A stretch of 34,992 bases of DNA from Bacteroidales bacterium (GTDB lineage: Bacteria; Bacteroidota; Bacteroidia; Bacteroidales; CAIWKO01): assembly GCA_035389045.1 (NCBI GenBank), contig DAOORA010000049.1:1-34992 (forward strand), read 5' to 3'. The position numbers and the translations under genes were made by a program. Shown piece after piece: positions 30,147-34,992 of the stretch (positions are counted from its first letter, which is position 1; the number at the start of each line of letters is the position of its first letter). The notes below the pieces were generated by a model that made no database searches, was not told the origin of the DNA, and saw nothing but the letters and a program-made list of their open reading frames with translations.

Positions 30147-30207
30147 TATTCGGTTATTAAATATTTGTATTCGGATATAGTCGTTTGTAGTCGTTTGTAA
30201 ACGGATA
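30147..30207. promoter_or_regulatory. Array of ~10-bp phased direct repeats (TAnnCG core) in the divergent promoter region; putative operator
   Basis: TATTCGGTTAT, TAAATATTTG, TATTCGGATA, TAGTCGTTTG, TAGTCGTTTG, TAAACGGATA starting at 30147, 30158, 30168, 30178, 30188, 30198. Confidence 0.6.
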
Positions 30208-30223
30208 TTTTTTTGTATCTTTG
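30194..30223 (+). promoter_or_regulatory. Bacteroidota sigma-A promoter
   Basis: TTTG (30194-30197), 18-nt spacer, TATCTTTG (30216-30223). Confidence 0.6.
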
Positions 30224-30251
30224 GAGAAAATTTAAGGAGGATGAGGAGTTC

Positions 30252-30270
30252 AGGCTGTTAGGCTGTTAGG
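30252..30270 (-). repeat. Inverted copy of the octamer repeat (about 2.4 units)
   Basis: AGGCTGTTAGGCTGTTAGG is the reverse complement of CCTAACAGCCTAACAGCCT. Confidence 0.85.
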
Positions 30271-30424
30271 TAGGAAGGCGTTTGGGTTGAAGGCTCTTAA
30301 GATAAAGTGGGTGGATGCTTAGGAGTTTGATTATTTAAGATTACGACAATGGTTGTTTTTTTGATGCGATTTTTAACAAGCTTTTTTTAGCTAATAGTTG
30401 GGCGCAGTTTTAGAATAAATAAGT

Positions 30425-30949
30425 ATGGAAACAATTAATCAAAATAACAAACTGACAGAAAAGGAAATTAAATTTCTAAAGCGGACACTTTGGCGACAAA
30501 TCTTCCCTTCGTTGACGATTACTTTGTTTCTATTTCTGATAATATTTGTTTATTCGAGTTTAAATAACAATTTCGGATTAGTCTTCATTTCTCTGACCTT
30601 TTCTTCTGTAATTATTGGGACAATTGTGTTCTTAATTATAACAAGAAAATATAAACTGGACCTCAAAACAGGACAAGTTAAACAAGAAAATGAAATCGTT
30701 GAGGATAAAATCTACAAATTGGATTACGAACCAGGTAGCCGGACATTCCCTGTTAACTTATTATCTATACTATTTATTAAAAAGATTTCCCAAACAGAAA
30801 TGATAGAAATGCACATTTTCTATATCATGGTGAAAGGTGAGAGAATAGACCTTGACAAAGACGATTTTCAAAAGGCTGAAAAAGGACAACCAATAATTAT
30901 AAGACGAACACCTATCTCTAATACATTTTTAGGCGTACAGACAATTTAA
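30425..30949 (+). CDS. Hypothetical membrane protein (two N-terminal TM helices), AT-rich
   Basis: 174-aa ORF with A-rich leader and two hydrophobic segments; no recognised family. Confidence 0.75.
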   Translation: METINQNNKLTEKEIKFLKRTLWRQIFPSLTITLFLFLIIFVYSSLNNNFGLVFISLTFSSVIIGTIVFLIITRKYKLDLKTGQVKQENEIVEDKIYKLDYEPGSRTFPVNLLSILFIKKISQTEMIEMHIFYIMVKGERIDLDKDDFQKAEKGQPIIIRRTPISNTFLGVQTI

Positions 30950-31046
30950 CAATACACAATAGGGCCAGACAGCAAGATTGCCTCAATTCGTTAAAAATAA
31001 GAAAAACATATAAGGACTTTTAATAAAGATTACATGAATAAACAAC

Positions 31047-31190
31047 CTAACAGTCTAACAGCCTAACAGCCTGACAGTCTAACAGCCTAACAGCCTGACA
31101 GCCTAACAGCCTAACAGCCTAACAGCCTAACAGCCTAACAGCCTAACAGCCTAAAAGCCTAAAAGCCTAACAGCCTAAACACCTAAAAGT
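31047..31190 (+). repeat. Octamer tandem array, 18 units of CTAACAG(C/T) with variants
   Basis: Direct count in 8-bp phase; variants CTGACAG, CTAAAAG, CTAAACAC. Confidence 0.97.
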
Positions 31191-31214
31191 CTAACCCAAA
31201 AAAAAACCCACCCC

Positions 31215-31565
31215 ATGAGAGACCACAACAAACTAAGAACATTCGAACTATCTGACGAACTTGTCTTGCTTATTTATAAAATCACAAAACACTTTCCCAA
31301 AGAAGAAATATATGGATTAACATCACAACTCAGAAGGGCAGCGGTATCGGTTCCGTCGAATATTGTGGAAGGTTGTGCCCGTAAAACAGAAGCCGAGTAC
31401 AAAAGATTTCTTGATATGGCTTTCGGCTCATTGCGGGAAGTAAAATACCAATTTAGCGTGGCTTACCGCCTTGGTTACGTTATGAATAATGTTGCCAATG
31501 AGTGTGAATTAAAAATAATTGAAACAGAAAAAGTTCTGGCCGCCCTGATCCGCTCCCTTCGCTAA
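31215..31565 (+). CDS. Four helix bundle protein (23S rRNA intervening sequence protein / Avd-like family)
   Basis: FPKEEIYGLTSQLRRAAVSVPSNIVEG..R....EY.RFL..A.GSL.E signature. Confidence 0.93.
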   Translation: MRDHNKLRTFELSDELVLLIYKITKHFPKEEIYGLTSQLRRAAVSVPSNIVEGCARKTEAEYKRFLDMAFGSLREVKYQFSVAYRLGYVMNNVANECELKIIETEKVLAALIRSLR

Positions 31566-31567
31566 CC

Positions 31568-31759
31568 CTAAAAGCCTAACAGCTCAAACCCCTAACAGCC
31601 TAACAGCCTAACAGTCTAACAGTCTAACAGCCTAACAGTCTAACAGTCTAACAGTCTAACAGCCTAACAGTCTAACAGTCTAACAGTCTAACAGCCTAGC
31701 AGTCTAATAGTCTAACAGTCTAACAGCCTAAACCCCAAACCCCCTAACCCCCTAAAATC
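31568..31759 (+). repeat. Octamer tandem array, 20 units to 31727 plus 4 degenerate C-rich units in phase
   Basis: CTAACAG(C/T) in 8-bp phase, starting 2 bp after the stop codon and decaying just before the next ATG. Confidence 0.97.
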
Positions 31760-31769
31760 CTCCTCCCCC

Positions 31770-32135
31770 ATGGAAAAACGTACCTGCCTCGAATGTGGCG
31801 AAGAATTCAGCGGACGGATCGACAAAAAATTCTGTTCCGACATGTGTCGTAATGCATACAACAACAAGCTCAACAGCGATAACACCAACCTGGTCAGAAA
31901 CATCAACAATATCCTGCGGAAAAACCGGCGGATACTGCAAAGCCTCAACAAAGCAGAAAAAACCAAAGTGCATAAGAAAAAGCTTGTGGAAAAAGGTTTT
32001 GACTTCAACCATTTCACCAATATTTACCGCACCCAGAAAGGCAGTCAGTATTATTTCTGTTACGAACAGGGCTATCTGCCACTCGACAATGATTTCTATT
32101 TTCTGGTGATCAATAAACGGATAAACGAAGAATAG
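31770..32135 (+). CDS. Hypothetical protein with N-terminal C4 zinc finger (DUF2116-like Zn ribbon), basic
   Basis: CLEC-x12-CSDMC followed by RNAYNN, INNILRKNRRIL, GFDFNHFT, YYFCYEQGY. Confidence 0.85.
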   Translation: MEKRTCLECGEEFSGRIDKKFCSDMCRNAYNNKLNSDNTNLVRNINNILRKNRRILQSLNKAEKTKVHKKKLVEKGFDFNHFTNIYRTQKGSQYYFCYEQGYLPLDNDFYFLVINKRINEE

Positions 32136-32163
32136 AAATTTACTGTAAATTTTACAAAAAACT

Positions 32164-32171
32164 TACCTTTG
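32164..32171 (+). promoter_or_regulatory. -7 promoter box for mutS
   Basis: TACCTTTG, 16 bp upstream of the TTG start. Confidence 0.6.
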
Positions 32172-32187
32172 CTTTAAATAAAACACC

Positions 32188-34812
32188 TTGTCCGAAAACA
32201 AAAAAGACATAGCCGAAACCCCGCTGATGAAACAGCACAACGCCATCAAGGCCAAATACCCTGATGCATTGTTGTTATTCCGTGTTGGCGATTTTTACGA
32301 AACGTTCGGAGAAGATGCGGTAAGGGCTTCCGGCATTTTGGGTATAGTGCTGACCAAAAGGGCTAACGGAGCAGCATCATTCATTGATCTGGCCGGATTT
32401 CCGCACCATGCACTCGACACCTATCTGCCGAAACTTGTCAAAGCTGGCCTGCGGGTGGCCATATGCGACCAGCTCGAAGACCCGAAACTTACCAAAAAAA
32501 TTGTCAAACGCGGCATCACGGAAATAGTAACACCCGGTGTGGCTTACAACGACAAGGTACTTGAACACAAAGAAAACAATTTTTTAGCCGGTATTCATTC
32601 CGGTCCGCGTATTACCGGGATCTCATTTTTAGATATCTCTACCGGAGAATTCTATCTGGCACAGGGAAGCAAAGAATACATCGACAACCTGTTACAGAGT
32701 TTTCATCCCAACGAGGTCGTAGTCCAGAAAAACAAACTACGCGAATTTATTGAAACGTTCGGGGATAAGTTCTACACATCCACCTTTGAAGACTGGGTTT
32801 TCACGCCCGATTTCGCCAATAATATCCTGCAAAATCATTTTCAGACCACCTCACTCAAGGGTTTTGGCGTCGAAGACCTTGAATTTGGCATCATTGCTGC
32901 CGGCGCCGCCATGCATTACCTTGCCGAAACCCAGCACGACAAAATAAGTCATATCTCTAAATTAAGCCGTATCGAAGAAGACCATTATGTCTGGATCGAC
33001 AAATTCTCTGTCCGGAATCTGGAGCTGCTGCACTCCGCCAATGAACATGCCCTCACGCTCATCGATGTCATCGACCAGACACTGACGCCCATGGGCAGCC
33101 GTATGCTGAAACGCTGGATGGTCATGCCTCTGAAAGACAAACAACTGATAGAAGAACGGCTTGGCATCGTCGGATTTTTCCTGAAAGAGTTGGAATTTAC
33201 GGAAGAACTCCGCAAAAACATCAAAAACATTGGGGATCTTGAACGGCTGATTTCAAAGGTAGCCATTGGAAAGATCAACCCGCGCGAGATCATTCAGATC
33301 AAAAGGGCATTAATGGCTGTCGAGTCAATAAAAAACAGTTTTGAAAAAGCAGCCGATCCCGCACTGAACAAAATCGGCGAACAGCTTAACTGCTGCAAAC
33401 TCATCCGCGACCGTATCGGACACGACCTGCAGCCCGACCCTCCAGCCCTGGCAACCAAAGGAAATGTCATAGCCGAAGGTGTTTCTGACGAACTGGACGA
33501 ATTACGTAAATTAGCATATTCAGGTAAAGATTACCTGTTGCAGATACAGCAACGCGAAAGCGAAAAAACAGGCATCCCCTCGCTGAAAATCGCCTTCAAT
33601 AATGTGTTCGGATACTACATTGAAGTGACCAACACCCATAAAAACAAGGTCCCTGCCGAATGGACACGCAAACAAACCCTGGCAAACTGCGAACGTTATA
33701 TCACCGAAGAACTCAAAGAATACGAGGATAAAATACTGGGCGCTGAGGAAAAGATTCTGGCCTTGGAGATCCGGCTCTACAACGACCTCATTGTTGCTTT
33801 GTTCGATTACATCAAGCCCATACAGCTTAACGCCTCGCTGATCTCAAGGATTGACTGCCTGTTATCCTTTGCATCGGTGGCTTCGCGGAACAATTATGTC
33901 CGGCCAGAAATTAATGATTCGCTGATCATTGACATAAAAAACGGAAGACACCCCGTTATTGAACAAAACCTTCCGGCAGGTGAAAAATATATTGCCAATG
34001 ACATTTATCTGGATAACAGCAGTCAGCAGATCATCATCATCACCGGTCCCAACATGTCGGGAAAATCAGCCTTACTGCGACAGATAGCGCTTATAGTTTT
34101 ACTCGCACAGACAGGATGTTATGTGCCCGCCGATGAGGCTAAAATAGGATTGGTGGACAAAATCTTTACCCGTGTGGGGGCCTCCGACAATATTTCATCA
34201 GGCGAGTCTACATTTATGGTCGAAATGAACGAAACGGCCAGTATTCTCAACAATATTTCTTCAAGAAGCCTCATATTATTAGACGAAATAGGCCGTGGCA
34301 CCAGCACTTACGACGGGATATCCATTGCCTGGGCCATAGCCGAATACCTTCACGAAAACAAAGTTTTTAAACCCAAAGTTTTATTTGCCACACACTACCA
34401 CGAGCTTAACGATATGGCTAAAACGATGCATGGTATAAAAAATTTCCATGTCAGCGTGAAGGAGGTTTCCAATAAGATCATTTTCCTGCGCAAACTTGCT
34501 CCGGGAGGCACAGAACACAGCTTCGGGATACATGTGGCAAAAATGGCAGGCATTCCCCAGGTTGTTATCGACCGTGCCAACGACTTGCTCCATCAGCTCG
34601 AAAAAGATCATAGCGGCAACGAACTCACCCAAAAAGGCAAAAAATCGCAAAAAAACACCGAAGATCAGTATCAGCTAAGCTTTATCCAGCTCAACGACCC
34701 TTTGCTGGAGCAGATCAAAGACGACATACTGAACACGGATATCAACACCCTCACACCCGTGGAAGCCCTGATGAAGCTGAACGAGATAAAAAAGCTTCTG
34801 AACAGGAAGTGA
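32188..34812 (+). CDS. mutS: DNA mismatch repair protein MutS
   Basis: [60 protein letters not shown] start. Confidence 0.98.
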   Translation: MSENKKDIAETPLMKQHNAIKAKYPDALLLFRVGDFYETFGEDAVRASGILGIVLTKRANGAASFIDLAGFPHHALDTYLPKLVKAGLRVAICDQLEDPKLTKKIVKRGITEIVTPGVAYNDKVLEHKENNFLAGIHSGPRITGISFLDISTGEFYLAQGSKEYIDNLLQSFHPNEVVVQKNKLREFIETFGDKFYTSTFEDWVFTPDFANNILQNHFQTTSLKGFGVEDLEFGIIAAGAAMHYLAETQHDKISHISKLSRIEEDHYVWIDKFSVRNLELLHSANEHALTLIDVIDQTLTPMGSRMLKRWMVMPLKDKQLIEERLGIVGFFLKELEFTEELRKNIKNIGDLERLISKVAIGKINPREIIQIKRALMAVESIKNSFEKAADPALNKIGEQLNCCKLIRDRIGHDLQPDPPALATKGNVIAEGVSDELDELRKLAYSGKDYLLQIQQRESEKTGIPSLKIAFNNVFGYYIEVTNTHKNKVPAEWTRKQTLANCERYITEELKEYEDKILGAEEKILALEIRLYNDLIVALFDYIKPIQLNASLISRIDCLLSFASVASRNNYVRPEINDSLIIDIKNGRHPVIEQNLPAGEKYIANDIYLDNSSQQIIIITGPNMSGKSALLRQIALIVLLAQTGCYVPADEAKIGLVDKIFTRVGASDNISSGESTFMVEMNETASILNNISSRSLILLDEIGRGTSTYDGISIAWAIAEYLHENKVFKPKVLFATHYHELNDMAKTMHGIKNFHVSVKEVSNKIIFLRKLAPGGTEHSFGIHVAKMAGIPQVVIDRANDLLHQLEKDHSGNELTQKGKKSQKNTEDQYQLSFIQLNDPLLEQIKDDILNTDINTLTPVEALMKLNEIKKLLNRK

Positions 34813-34992
34813 TCAGTGTTCAAGGTTTTCCTGAAAAAATACCAAATACAAATCAAGCATTGATTTTCGCAGGCTTGCGCTGTCATTGAAACATTTTGAT
34901 GCGACCAGACGCCCCTTAGTTGCTTGAGATTGTGTTATTTTTCTTGAGTTTGACACCTCAGAAGTCTATCTTGCTGAAAACATGAGTTTTAA

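Noticed and set aside
31215..31565. Diversity-generating retroelement or rRNA intervening sequence
   Set aside because: No reverse transcriptase, no TR/VR pair with adenine-specific mismatches and no rRNA in the window.
31047..31759. CRISPR array
   Set aside because: Contiguous 8-bp units with no unique spacers and no cas genes.
31712..32109. Alternative ORFs overlapping the zinc-finger gene
   Set aside because: Out-of-frame or antisense shadows of 31770..32135, which has the coherent motif.

Overview
Bacteroidota (probably Bacteroidales) chromosomal window, judged from T9SS C-terminal domains, TAnnTTTG promoter boxes and gene order, with one 100-N scaffold gap. Most of it is housekeeping or secreted-enzyme genes: ddl, a PASTA protein, an RluA-family synthase, an MqnE-like radical SAM enzyme, two tandem T9SS Lys-C-like proteases, an Fe-ADH, a T9SS amidase, a nucleoid-associated protein, a GH3/serine-hydrolase fusion, sppA, folK, a deoxynucleoside kinase, a TPR lipoprotein, a SpoU methyltransferase, DUF3078, mscL, two ssb copies and mutS. 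Five things stand out. (1) A small GIY-YIG nuclease sits between 78-bp identical tRNA-3'-end repeats and ends inside a tRNA remnant whose anticodon arm is replaced by a palindrome. (2) A four-helix-bundle (23S IVP/Avd-like) gene is flanked by two CTAACAG(C/T) octamer arrays, with an inverted copy just after the promoter, so a ~1.5-kb insert could be looped out. (3) A 10-bp-phased motif array lies between the tandem tail-less ssb genes and the promoter facing a C4 zinc-finger gene. (4) A 147-bp MITE has TIRs and a 6-bp target duplication. (5) The GH3 domain has lost its catalytic motifs. Family assignments come from motif recognition only; no searches were run.
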